Sequence record: DRR723986_1729
DNA length: 48,084 nt
Direction: 5' to 3' (one strand)
In this document: in pieces, positions 1 through 9,063 of the stretch
Layout of the letters: each line of letters starts with the position of its first letter
How positions within the stretch are numbered: the stretch's first letter is position 1
The notes under the pieces: generated by a model
The model's database searches: none
What the model saw: only the letters and a program-made list of their open reading frames with translations
What the model was told of the DNA's origin: nothing
Made by a program: the position numbers and the translations under genes

Positions 1-755
1 CCGTTGGCGATCAGCAGCCCCAGCGAGGGCTCGGTGATCGGCAGGCCGATGCCGAGGAAGGACAGCGTGGCTTCTGCGGCGATGGCGCTGGCGACCTGGA
101 TCGTGCCGATGACGATGAGCGGCGGCAGGCAGTTGGGCAGGATGTGCCCGAACATGATCCGCCACGCGGGGATGCCCAGACAGCGCGCCGCCTCGGCGTA
201 TTCCTTGCCCGCCTCGATCAGCGCGGTGGCGCGGACGGCGCGGGCGAAATAGGCCCATTGCACGAAGACCAGCGCGAGGATGACCTTGTCCACGCCCTGC
301 CCGAAGACCACGAGGATCATCAGCGCCACGAGGATCGTCGGAAAGCCCAGCATCAGGTCGACGAAGCGCATCACGAAGGTGTCGATCCAGCCGCCGCGAT
401 AGGCCGCGAGCAGCCCCAGCGCGGTGCCCACCAGCATCGCCAGCACGCCCGCCGTGACGCCAACCGCCAGAGAGGTGCGCAGCCCGTAGAGCATGGCCGA
501 CAGCATGTCGCGGCCCTGTCCGTCGGTGCCCAGCAGGTAGGTCATGCCGGTGTAGCCCTCGGACAGGGGCGGCAGCTTGGCGTCGAAGAAGTCGATCTCT
601 GTCAGGTCGTAGGGGTTCTGCGGCGCGATCAACGGCGCGAAGACGGCAGAGACCACGAGCACCACGCAGATCACGGCGGCCACGGTGGCCTTGGGGCTGG
701 CCAGAAGGCCGCGCAGGATGCGGGAGGCCATGCTTTCGGGACGAAGAAGGCTCAT
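1..755 (-). CDS. Dpp/Opp-type ABC transporter permease (DppC-like), 3' end runs off the window
   Basis: Not in the ORF track (no stop in window). Manual translation from ATG at 755, overlapping the stop of the upstream permease: MSLLRPESMASRILRGLL...IAPQNPYD...YLLGTDGQGRDMLS...EYAEAARCLGIPAWRIMFGHILPN...EATLSFLGIG. LGTDxxGRD and the EAA loop are DppC/OppC hallmarks. Confidence 0.92.
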   Translation of the reverse strand, partial: MSLLRPESMASRILRGLLASPKATVAAVICVVLVVSAVFAPLIAPQNPYDLTEIDFFDAKLPPLSEGYTGMTYLLGTDGQGRDMLSAMLYGLRTSLAVGVTAGVLAMLVGTALGLLAAYRGGWIDTFVMRFVDLMLGFPTILVALMILVVFGQGVDKVILALVFVQWAYFARAVRATALIEAGKEYAEAARCLGIPAWRIMFGHILPNCLPPLIVIGTIQVASAIAAEATLSFLGIGLPITEPSLGLLIAN

Positions 756-1723
756 TGTGCGCGCCCCCGGATGCGGGGATCGAGCAGCGAGTAAAGCACG
801 TCGACCACGAGGTTGATGACGATGAACATGGCCGTGATCACAAGGATGTAGGCGACGACCACGGGGCGGTCGAGCATCTTGATGCTGTCGATGATGAGCT
901 TGCCGACGCCGGGCCATGCGAAGATCGTTTCCGTCACCACGGCGAAGGCGATGAGCGAGCCGAACTCGATCCCCAGCACGGTCACGATGGGGATGAGGAT
1001 GGTCTTCAGCACATGCACGAAGAGGATGCGCCCCTCTCCGATGCCGCGGGCGCGGGCGTATTTCACGAAGTCGAGCGGCATGGTCTCCTGCACGCCGGTG
1101 CGGGTCAGGCGGATCACCAGGGCGATCTGCGCCAGCGCGAGGTTCGTGGCGGGCAGGATCAGGTGCACGAAGCCGTCCCACGTCGCGTAGCTGGTGCGGA
1201 TGCCGAGGAACGTCCCGGTCTCGCCGCGCCCGGTCGAAGGCAGCCAGCCCAGCCAGACCGCGAAGATCATGATCAGCATCATGCCCTGCCAGAAGTTCGG
1301 CAGCGAAAACCCGAGGATCGAGCCGGTCATGATGGATTCATCCGTCAGCGAGCGCGGCTTGACCCCCGCGATCAGCCCCAGCGGAATGCCGATCACCAGC
1401 GACAGGATCAGCGAGGTCGTCACCAGTTCCAGCGTGGCGGGCAGCCGTTCGAAGATCACGTCCAGCGCCGGGCGGTTGTAGACGAAGCTGCGCCCGAAAT
1501 CGCCCTGCACCGCCGAGGAGATGAAGGTCCAGTATTGCACCGGCAGCGGGTCGTTGAGGTTCAGCGATTCGGCGACCTGCGCGCGTTCCGCCATGGAGGC
1601 ATCGGCGGGCAGCAGGATCTCCAGCGGGTCGCCGATGGCATAGACGCCAAGGAAGACCACCAGCGAGGTGATCAGCAGCACGAGGACGGCCTGAAGCACC
1701 CTTCGCAGGATGAAGACCGTCAT
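752..1723 (-). CDS. Dpp/Opp-type ABC transporter permease (DppB-like)
   Basis: MTVFILRRVLQAV start; GDFGRS, RLPATLEL, ARARGI (EAA loop), ETIFAWPGVG and C-terminal LDPRIR typical of DppB/OppB. Confidence 0.93.
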   Translation of the reverse strand: MTVFILRRVLQAVLVLLITSLVVFLGVYAIGDPLEILLPADASMAERAQVAESLNLNDPLPVQYWTFISSAVQGDFGRSFVYNRPALDVIFERLPATLELVTTSLILSLVIGIPLGLIAGVKPRSLTDESIMTGSILGFSLPNFWQGMMLIMIFAVWLGWLPSTGRGETGTFLGIRTSYATWDGFVHLILPATNLALAQIALVIRLTRTGVQETMPLDFVKYARARGIGEGRILFVHVLKTILIPIVTVLGIEFGSLIAFAVVTETIFAWPGVGKLIIDSIKMLDRPVVVAYILVITAMFIVINLVVDVLYSLLDPRIRGRAQ

Positions 1724-1848
1724 GGCGCCGGCCTTTCGGCGCCGGAAAGCGGGGGGTCGTGGGGCATGGCGTTGGCTGTGTCTCCGTTTCGGCAAAGCTT
1801 GCGCGACGAGTCGCGACTATGCAATATTATGAAAAATACACCGCGTCA

Positions 1849-1865
1849 TATGCGTGATGCGCATA
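1849..1865. promoter_or_regulatory. Putative LysR recognition box
   Basis: Inverted repeat TATGCG-TGATG-CGCATA containing a T-N11-A core, between divergent dppB-like and lysR genes. Confidence 0.65.
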
Positions 1866-1879
1866 CCATCGGAGGGCCG

Positions 1880-2809
1880 ATGCAACTCAACCTGCTGGAG
1901 ACCTTCCGCGCGGTGCTGGAGCACGGCTCGACCCTGTCCGCCGCAAGCAGCCTCGGGATCACGCAGTCCGCCGTCTCGCGCCGGATCGCGCAGCTCGAGG
2001 CGGAGCTGGAGCTGGAGCTGTTCCTGAGGGATCGCGGCCGGCTGGTGCCGACGCGGGAATGTCAGGCCTTGCAGGGCCAGATCTTCGGCATGGTCGACCG
2101 GGGGCAGCAGTTGCGGCACCTCGCGCGGGATCTGCGGCGCGGCAACTCTCCGGCGCTGCGGCTGCGGGTGGCGGTGCCCGCCAGCCTGACGCTGACGATC
2201 ATGCCGCGCATCCTGAAGCGCTTTCTGGCGGACAACGACCGGGTGCAGGTGGAACTGCACAGCGGGCCCTATGACACCATCGAGCGGATGCTGATGGACG
2301 ACCGCGCGGAACTGGGGTTCCTGCGCATTCCGGTGCAGCGGTCGGGGCTGGTGGTGACTCCGGTGATCGCCACGCGCAGCGTCTGCGTCATGCCCAAGGG
2401 GCACCCGCTGTGCGCCCGCACCGAGGTCACGATGACGGACCTGCGCCACGAGCCGCTGATCCTGCTGGGCCGGATGCGCGCGCCGCGCCGCGAGCTGGAC
2501 GCGGCCTTCTGGTCGACCGGCCAGACGCCCAACGTCCGCATAGAGGCGCATTCCGTGATGTCCGCCTGTTCGCTGGTCGCCGAGGGGCTGGGCCTGACCA
2601 TCGTCAACGGGTTGATGGCGCGGGATTTCGACCACCTGCCGATCACCGCGCGGCCGATCACTCCGGTGATCGCCGACCGTTTCGCCTTTGCCTCGAACGC
2701 CGAGGTGCCGTTGAGCCAGTCCGCCGCCAACTTCATAGAGACGAGCCGGCAGTTCATGACGGAACTGCTGGCCCCGGAACAGGGCGCGCCGCCGGCGGGG
2801 CGCGTGTAG
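1880..2809 (+). CDS. LysR-family transcriptional regulator
   Basis: GGAGG RBS, then MQLNLLETFRAVLEHGSTLSAASSLGITQSAVSRRIAQLE...LFLRDRGRLVPT (LysR HTH); about 309 aa; divergent from the dpp operon. Confidence 0.95.
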   Translation: MQLNLLETFRAVLEHGSTLSAASSLGITQSAVSRRIAQLEAELELELFLRDRGRLVPTRECQALQGQIFGMVDRGQQLRHLARDLRRGNSPALRLRVAVPASLTLTIMPRILKRFLADNDRVQVELHSGPYDTIERMLMDDRAELGFLRIPVQRSGLVVTPVIATRSVCVMPKGHPLCARTEVTMTDLRHEPLILLGRMRAPRRELDAAFWSTGQTPNVRIEAHSVMSACSLVAEGLGLTIVNGLMARDFDHLPITARPITPVIADRFAFASNAEVPLSQSAANFIETSRQFMTELLAPEQGAPPAGRV

Positions 2810-2947
2810 CGGTGCTTCGAGCACGCGCCCGGTTGCGGGCCTTGGGGCGTGCGGACGGGCGCTTTGCCCGGCGGCGATCGCCCCGCCCGCGCGAAGGGGG
2901 CTGCCCGGCGGGGTGATCCGGGGCGGTAGTCTGCGGGCAGGGGGCGG

Positions 2948-3787
2948 TCAGCCCGTGTCGCGCAGGCGGTAGAACCGCGCCGCATTGCCGCCGAAGATCC
3001 GGGCCATGTCCTCTGGCCCGTAGAGTTCGGAGAGCAGGTCGCGTGCCAGTGCGACGACCTGCCGGTGGGTCGCGGCAAGGGTGCAGACCGGCCAGTCGGT
3101 GCCGAAGACCAGCCGCCCGGGTCCGAAGGCCTTGGCGGCGTGATGCAGGAAGGGCCGGATGCGGTCGGCGGACCAGTCCGGGCCGGCTTCGGTCACCATG
3201 CCGGACACCTTGCAGAACAGGCGCGGATGCGCGGCGAGGCGGGTGATGTCCTCGCCCCATGGGCCGAGGGTCTCGGCGGTCATGTCCGGTTTCGATAGGT
3301 GGTCGACGATGCCGTGCAGATCGGGCACCTCGGACAGGGCGTCGAGCAGGGCGGGCAAGTGGCGCGGAAAGGTCAGGATGTCGAAGGGCACGCCGCGCTT
3401 CGCGACCAGCGCGAGGGCATCGCGAAAGGCCGGAGAGGCGATCAGCGCCGGGTCGTGATCCTGCAGCATCGGGCGCAGGCCCAGCCAGTCCGGCAGGGCC
3501 GCGTAATGGTCGAGCCGCGTGGCGAAATCCGGGGCGGTCATGTCGAGCCAGCCGACCACGCCCGCGACGAAGTCGGTCTGCCGGGCGAGGGTCAGCAGAA
3601 AGTCGGTCTCTGCCTCCGTCTCGGCGGCCTGCACGAGGATGGTTCTGGCAATACCCGATTGCGCATTGAGCGGCGCAAGGTCGTCCGGGCCGAAATCGCG
3701 CAGGAGCGGCCCGAGGTCGGGCGTCATCCAGCCGTAATCTCCCCGGTCCACCTGCCAGAAGTGCTGATGGGCGTCGATGATCGTCAT
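2948..3787 (-). CDS. Amidohydrolase_2-family sugar lactonase (L-fuconolactonase/COG3618-like)
   Basis: IDAHQHFW, DHLSKP, CKVSG and FGTDWP motifs; downstream of an aldose dehydrogenase-like AKR. Confidence 0.85.
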   Translation of the reverse strand: MTIIDAHQHFWQVDRGDYGWMTPDLGPLLRDFGPDDLAPLNAQSGIARTILVQAAETEAETDFLLTLARQTDFVAGVVGWLDMTAPDFATRLDHYAALPDWLGLRPMLQDHDPALIASPAFRDALALVAKRGVPFDILTFPRHLPALLDALSEVPDLHGIVDHLSKPDMTAETLGPWGEDITRLAAHPRLFCKVSGMVTEAGPDWSADRIRPFLHHAAKAFGPGRLVFGTDWPVCTLAATHRQVVALARDLLSELYGPEDMARIFGGNAARFYRLRDTG

Positions 3788-3863
3788 GGCGGCGGCGTCC
3801 CTTTCGTGCAGATCGGTGTGGCCCGCCCCGACCGCCCGGCGGCGGCGGGGGGCGGATGGCGTC

Positions 3864-4898
3864 TCAGGCGGTCTCGGCGGCGGAGAGGGCGGCGTCGAGA
3901 TCGGACCAGAGCGCGTCGGGCAGATCGGTGCCGAACCAGTCGGCGTTCTGCTGCAACTGCTCGGGCGTCTTGGCCCCGACCACGACGCAGGTCACGGCGG
4001 GGTGGCGCATGGGAAAGCGGATCGCGGCGGCGGCGAGCGGCACGCCGTGGTCGTCACAGACCGCGCGCAGGGCCTCGACGCGGTCGATGATCGCCTTCGG
4101 CGCATCGGCGTAGTTGAACTTGCGCCGCCCGCCCTTGGGCGCGGCGAGGATGCCGGAGTTGTAGACCCCGCCAAGCGCAAGGGCGACGTTGCGCCTTTGG
4201 GCCAGCGGCAGGAAGGTGTCCTCTGCGTCGCGGTCGAGCAGGGAGTAACGCCCCGCCAACATGCAGCAGTCGAGATCGGTCTCTTCGAGGGCGTCGCGGA
4301 TCACTTCCCATTCGTTCACACCCAGCCCGAAGCCCTTGATGTCTCCGGCCGCCTTCAGCTCTTGCAGCGCGCGGAACCCGCCGCCGCGGGTCAGCGCCCG
4401 CCAGTGGTGGGCATTGGCCTCGCCATGGGTGACCGGGCCGATGTCGTGGACGAAAAGCAGGTCGATCCGGCGCAGGCCGAGGCGCTGCTGGCTGTCGTCG
4501 TAGCTGCGCATGATCGCGTCGTAGCCGTAGTCGAAGACTTCCCGGAAGGGCAGGCTGTTGTGGAAGCCGGGGTCGAGCGGGTTCTTCGGCGGCTCCGGGG
4601 GAAGGGCGCGCCCGGCGCGGGCGGTGGTCATCAGGCGGCCCACCTTGGTCGACAGCACGTAGTCGTCGCGCTCGCGCAACACATGGCCGACGAGGTGCTC
4701 GGCGCGGGTCAGCCCGTACATCGGCGCGGTGTCGACGTAGCGGATGCCAAGCTGGAAGGCGCGGTCCAGCGTCGCCAGCGCCTGATCGCGCGGCACGTCG
4801 GCGTAAAGCCCGCCCAGGGGCGCGGTCCCCAGCCCCAGCGCGGTGACGGACAGGCCGGTATCGGAGACGGGCCGGGGGGTGGATGCGGTCAGGGTCAT
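3864..4898 (-). CDS. Aldo/keto reductase (D-threo-aldose/L-fucose 1-dehydrogenase-like)
   Basis: LGLGTAPLGGLY, YVDTAPMYG, LSTKVGR, DYGYDAIMRS, FVHD, GVYNSGILA; GGAGGT RBS before ATG 4898. Confidence 0.88.
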   Translation of the reverse strand: MTLTASTPRPVSDTGLSVTALGLGTAPLGGLYADVPRDQALATLDRAFQLGIRYVDTAPMYGLTRAEHLVGHVLRERDDYVLSTKVGRLMTTARAGRALPPEPPKNPLDPGFHNSLPFREVFDYGYDAIMRSYDDSQQRLGLRRIDLLFVHDIGPVTHGEANAHHWRALTRGGGFRALQELKAAGDIKGFGLGVNEWEVIRDALEETDLDCCMLAGRYSLLDRDAEDTFLPLAQRRNVALALGGVYNSGILAAPKGGRRKFNYADAPKAIIDRVEALRAVCDDHGVPLAAAAIRFPMRHPAVTCVVVGAKTPEQLQQNADWFGTDLPDALWSDLDAALSAAETA

Positions 4899-5202
4899 CG
4901 GGACCTCCTGGGGTTTGCGTGTGCGGCTGCGGGCGCGGGCGGGTGGTGGTGGATGCCCCGGCAGAGGGCCATGAAACGGCCCGCGATAACAAGGGCTTCG
5001 TAGAGGGGGTGCGGGGTATGGAGGGCCCCCCGACCCCGCCTGCAAAGCCTGCGCATCCTGTCCAAAAGCATCCCCTTCCCGCGTTGGGGCAGTCTAGGGC
5101 CCGGCCGGTCGGGGATCAACACGGGGGCGCGGTAGGTCCCGTCGCAGTCCCTTGGCGCAGGGGCCATCTCGACGGGCGAGCGCCGCGCGCGGGGGCGGTG
5201 CC

Positions 5203-5883
5203 CTAGCCTTCGGCCTCTTGCTGAAGCTCCAGCGCGCGGCGGGCGGCGCCCCAGCCCGCAAGGTGGTGCGCCCTCAGCATTTCCCGCAGCAGATCGCCTT
5301 CGCCGCGACGCAGCGTGTCGAGGATGCGGGCGTGTTCCTCGACCGCCCGCGCCCAGCGTTCGGGATCGCGGTTGCCGGCAAAGCGAAAGCGACGGATGCG
5401 GGTGGATTCGCTGGCGTAGACCCGCGAGAGGGCCGGGTTCTTCGCGGCGTCCACGATCTTCTGATGGATCTCCTGATTGAGGTGGAAGTAGGTCATCATG
5501 GCGCCGTCGCGCCACGCCTGCGTCATGCGTTCGTGCAGATCGGTCAGCGCGGTCAACTCCTCCTCCGTCGCCCTGCGGGCGGCGCGCTCGGCGGCGATGC
5601 TTTCCAGCCCGATCAGCACCTCGATGGAGGCCTCGACGTCTTCGGTGGACAGGACCACGACCGTCGCCCCGGCATTGGGGCGAATCGTCAGAAGCCCCTC
5701 GCCCTCGAGGATCTTGAAGGCCTCGCGCAGCGGCGTGCGCGAGATATCCAGCCGCTCGACCAGCACGCGCTCGTTGATCCGGCTTCCGGGTTCGAGCTCG
5801 CCGCTGGTGATCATGTCCCGCACCTGCTGGGTGACGATGGCAGAGCGCGTGCCCCGCCGCGGCTCGACAGTCTGGTCTCTCAT
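5203..5883 (-). CDS. GntR-family (FCD domain) transcriptional regulator
   Basis: ITSGELEPGSRINERVLVERLDISRTPLREAFKIL HTH; C-terminal N..IH...EHARIL...AHH FCD pattern; GGAGG RBS. Confidence 0.93.
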   Translation of the reverse strand: MRDQTVEPRRGTRSAIVTQQVRDMITSGELEPGSRINERVLVERLDISRTPLREAFKILEGEGLLTIRPNAGATVVVLSTEDVEASIEVLIGLESIAAERAARRATEEELTALTDLHERMTQAWRDGAMMTYFHLNQEIHQKIVDAAKNPALSRVYASESTRIRRFRFAGNRDPERWARAVEEHARILDTLRRGEGDLLREMLRAHHLAGWGAARRALELQQEAEG

Positions 5884-5895
5884 GCGCCCCTCCGA

Positions 5896-6030
5896 TTGCA
5901 TGCAAAAATCTACCCCATGCACCGAAACTTTGAAATTTACATTTGACGGAGCGATTATTGCATGCAAATGTCGGCAAAATCGACCGGAAACGGCGATAAT
6001 ACCGAGAAATGTCGCAGCTATTGCATGCAA
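5896..6030. promoter_or_regulatory. Three perfect TTGCATGCAA palindromes, putative GntR operators
   Basis: Copies at 5896-5905, 5958-5967 and 6021-6030 in the divergent promoter region. Confidence 0.8.
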
Positions 6031-6057
6031 ATGACAGGTCTCGCCAAGGAGGACCGC

Positions 6058-7458
6058 ATGAACCATCACGCCTATTTCGACCGGGGGACGCGCTGCGTCG
6101 ACTGCACCATCATCGGCACCGGTGGCTTCGGGCGCAGCTTTCTTGCGCAGGGGCAGGTGGTTCCGGGGATGTCGGTGCGGGTGGCCGTGGACCGCGACAG
6201 CGCCATCGCGGTGGACAGCCTGCGGTCGGTGGGGATCGACGCGGCGGACATCCGCGAATGCGCCACCGCCGAAGAGGCGCGCGCGGCATGGGATGCAGGC
6301 GCCTACATCGCGGCGGGCGATTACGCCATCGTCGCGGCGCTGCCCGTTTCGGTCGTGGTCGAGGCGACGGGGGCACCGGAGCCCGGCGCCCGCCACGCCC
6401 GCATGGCGATCGAGCATGGCTGCCATGTGGCGATGGTGTCGAAGGAGGTCGACAGCGTGGTCGGCCCCGGCCTTGCCGCGATGGCGCAGGCGCGCGGCCT
6501 GATCGTCTCGCCCGTGGACGGCGACCAGCCCAGCCTGCTGATCGGCCTCGTCACATGGGCCGAGGTGCTGGGGCTAGAGATCGTCGCGGCGGGCAAGTCG
6601 AGCGAATATGATTTCGTCTACGACAGCGCCGCCGGGACCATGACCGTCGACGGGCGCGTCGCGCAGACCCCCGATTTCGCCGGGCTGGACCGGCTGGGCG
6701 AGGGCGATGCGGTGCAGATGGTCGCCCGCCGCGCCGCCGCCACCGCGATGCTGCCGCAGCGCGCCGTGCCGGACCTCTGCGAGATGACGCTGGTGGCCAA
6801 TGCCTGCGGCATGACCCCCGACCGCCCCGACCTGCATTGCCCCATCGCCCGCATCGACGAGGTTCCCACGATCCTCTGCGAGACCGCCGACGGCGGGATC
6901 CTGTCCCGCTCCGGCGTGCTCGACGTGTTCCACTGTTTGCGCGCGCCTGGAGAGGTCAGCTTTGCCGGCGGCGTCTTCGTGGTGGTGCGCTGCAAGCATG
7001 ACGAGACATGGGACATGCTGCGCGGCAAGGGCCATGTGGTCAGCCGCAACGGGCGGACCGCGATGGTCTACATTCCGCGCCACCTACTGGGCATGGAAGC
7101 CGCCACCACGATCTTCGAGATCGGCCTGCGCGGTGTGTCCTCGGGGGCGGCCCAGCCGGGCCATCACGTCGACCTCGTGGCCCATGCGGACCGCGATTTC
7201 GCCGCCGGGTCCCTGCTCGAGATGGGCGGCCATCACCACTCCATCGAAGGCGTGTCGTCGCGGATGCTGCCGGGGCGCGCGCTGGACGCGCAGGCGCCCG
7301 CGCCCTTCTACATCGCCGCCAACAGCCGCCTTGCCCGCGACGTCGAGGCGGGGGCGCTGATCCGCATGGGCGATCTGGTGCTGGACGAAGGCAGCGCGCT
7401 GCTTGGCCTGCGCCGCGAGCAGGACCGCCGCCATGCCGGGGAAAGACTGACCGCCTGA
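6058..7458 (+). CDS. NAD(P)-binding oxidoreductase, homoserine dehydrogenase-like with C-terminal SAF domain (COG4091-type)
   Basis: Rossmann motif IIGTGGFG, VVEATG, KEVDSVVGPGL, DGDQP, GKSSEYD, PRHLLG, and a SAF-like C-terminus (RLARDVEAGALIRMGDL); AGGAGG RBS. Confidence 0.8.
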   Translation: MNHHAYFDRGTRCVDCTIIGTGGFGRSFLAQGQVVPGMSVRVAVDRDSAIAVDSLRSVGIDAADIRECATAEEARAAWDAGAYIAAGDYAIVAALPVSVVVEATGAPEPGARHARMAIEHGCHVAMVSKEVDSVVGPGLAAMAQARGLIVSPVDGDQPSLLIGLVTWAEVLGLEIVAAGKSSEYDFVYDSAAGTMTVDGRVAQTPDFAGLDRLGEGDAVQMVARRAAATAMLPQRAVPDLCEMTLVANACGMTPDRPDLHCPIARIDEVPTILCETADGGILSRSGVLDVFHCLRAPGEVSFAGGVFVVVRCKHDETWDMLRGKGHVVSRNGRTAMVYIPRHLLGMEAATTIFEIGLRGVSSGAAQPGHHVDLVAHADRDFAAGSLLEMGGHHHSIEGVSSRMLPGRALDAQAPAPFYIAANSRLARDVEAGALIRMGDLVLDEGSALLGLRREQDRRHAGERLTA

Positions 7459-7528
7459 CGACACACGACATTTTCCGGTGTCACCGCACCGGGAAACCGA
7501 ACTACACGTTCACCCAAGGGAGGAAATC

Positions 7529-8479
7529 ATGAACGTCACCTATCGCACCCTCGCCGCCGCGACGGCCTTTGCCGCGCTTGCGGTCCCTGCCATGGCCCAG
7601 GATGGCTACGCCCCGTCCGAGATCACCGCCTTCGTGGCGGCGGGCGCGGGCGGCGGCACCGACAACTTCGCCCGCACGGTTCAGCCCATGCTGGAAGAGC
7701 GGCTCGAGACCAACGTGACGATCATCAACCTGCCCGCCGCTTCGGGCGCGGTCGCGCATCAGCGCACGGCGACCTCGGAACCCGACGGGGAATCCATCGA
7801 ATTCGCCTCGTCCACGCTGATCACCAGCCTTGCCGCCGGGCAGAACCCCATCGGGCTCGACCTTCTGACGCCGGTGGCGCGGATGCAGTCCGACGTGCTG
7901 ATGCTGGTCGTGAACCCCGAGAAATACGACAGCTTCGAGGCCTTCAAGGCCGCGGCAGAGGCGAACCCCGGCGCGCTCATCATCGGCGGCACCCATGCGG
8001 CCAGCATCGACCGCATGGCCTTCCTGGGGCTGAACGCAGAAGCCGGGCTGGACCTGAACTTCATTCCCTACGACAACGAAGGCGCGGCCTCGGCCAACCT
8101 GCTGAGCGGCAACATCGACGGCATGTTCAACGAGATCAGCGCCATTCAGGGCTACATGGACTCGGGAGAGATGATCCCGGTTCTGGCGCTGGCAGACGAA
8201 CGGCTGGAGGCCTATCCCGACATCCCGACCACCGTTGAAAACGGCTGGGATCTGACCTTCGGCAACGAGCGCGGCATCTTCATCAACGCCAAGACCCCGC
8301 CCGAGGTCATCGGCGCGATCGAGGCCGTCTTCGAGGACATCTTCGCCTCGGAGGCCTATCAGGAATATGCGGCGAAAACCTTCCTCGACGTGCGTCCGGG
8401 CTGGCTGGGCAGCGCGGAATACCGCGCGGAGCTTGAAAAGAACCTCGCGTATTTCCAGGACCTTCTGGCCGCCAACTGA
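7529..8479 (+). CDS. tctC: Tripartite tricarboxylate transporter substrate-binding protein (TctC/Bug family)
   Basis: Signal peptide ending AMA-Q; AGAGGGTDNFAR, INLPAASG, PDIPTTVE motifs. Confidence 0.9.
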   Translation: MNVTYRTLAAATAFAALAVPAMAQDGYAPSEITAFVAAGAGGGTDNFARTVQPMLEERLETNVTIINLPAASGAVAHQRTATSEPDGESIEFASSTLITSLAAGQNPIGLDLLTPVARMQSDVLMLVVNPEKYDSFEAFKAAAEANPGALIIGGTHAASIDRMAFLGLNAEAGLDLNFIPYDNEGAASANLLSGNIDGMFNEISAIQGYMDSGEMIPVLALADERLEAYPDIPTTVENGWDLTFGNERGIFINAKTPPEVIGAIEAVFEDIFASEAYQEYAAKTFLDVRPGWLGSAEYRAELEKNLAYFQDLLAAN

Positions 8480-8489
8480 TCCACGCAAA

Positions 8490-8523
8490 GGATCGCGCCC
8501 GCCCCGGTCGGTGGGCGCGATCC
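8490..8523 (+). other. Intercistronic stem-loop after tctC
   Basis: GGATCGCGCCC...GGGCGCGATCC 11-bp inverted repeat with no U-tract; likely mRNA-stabilising or attenuating. Confidence 0.6.
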
Positions 8524-8552
8524 GCATTGGCCGACAGGCAGGAGGCTGCGCC

Positions 8553-9041
8553 TTGACCACTCGTCTCTATATCTTCGTCGCCGCGGCCTTCCTTGCGGGG
8601 GCGGCCTTCCTGTGGCAGGCGGCGCAGTTCCCGCCCAGCCACGAGGTCTCGACCCTCGTGGGACCGCGCACATGGCCCTTCGGTGTGCTGGTGCTGATGC
8701 TCGGGCTGGTCGTGCTGATGGGCGCGATCCTCTGGGCGAAGGGCGCCGAGCCCTTCGTCACCCCGAAAGAGGAGGGGCCCGAGGCGGTCGAGGACGAGGC
8801 CGTGGTGCGCGATGCGCCGGCCGGGGCGCGCTGGCGGCACCTCGTGATCCTCGGGCTGACCCTTGGGTATACGCTGGTCATGACGCTGACCGGCTACCTC
8901 GTGGCGACCGCGCTTTTCGCGGCGCTGGCCACCGTGACGCTGGGCGAGCGCCGCCCGCTGCGCGTGGCGTTCAACACGGCCATCGCCACAGCCATCGTCG
9001 CGCTTGTCTTCGACCGGCTTCTCAACATTCCGCTGCCCTGA
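8553..9041 (+). CDS. tctB: TTT small membrane protein TctB
   Basis: TTG start after GGAGG; hydrophobic; VGPRTWP and C-terminal LVFDRLLNIPLP characteristic of TctB. Confidence 0.85.
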   Translation: MTTRLYIFVAAAFLAGAAFLWQAAQFPPSHEVSTLVGPRTWPFGVLVLMLGLVVLMGAILWAKGAEPFVTPKEEGPEAVEDEAVVRDAPAGARWRHLVILGLTLGYTLVMTLTGYLVATALFAALATVTLGERRPLRVAFNTAIATAIVALVFDRLLNIPLP

Positions 9042-9063
9042 CGGACGGCTGAAAGGATATCCC

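Noticed and set aside
755-2809. 684-aa ORF with a LysR C-terminal half
   Set aside because: The upstream part is antisense to dppB; LysR starts at 1880 after a GGAGG RBS.
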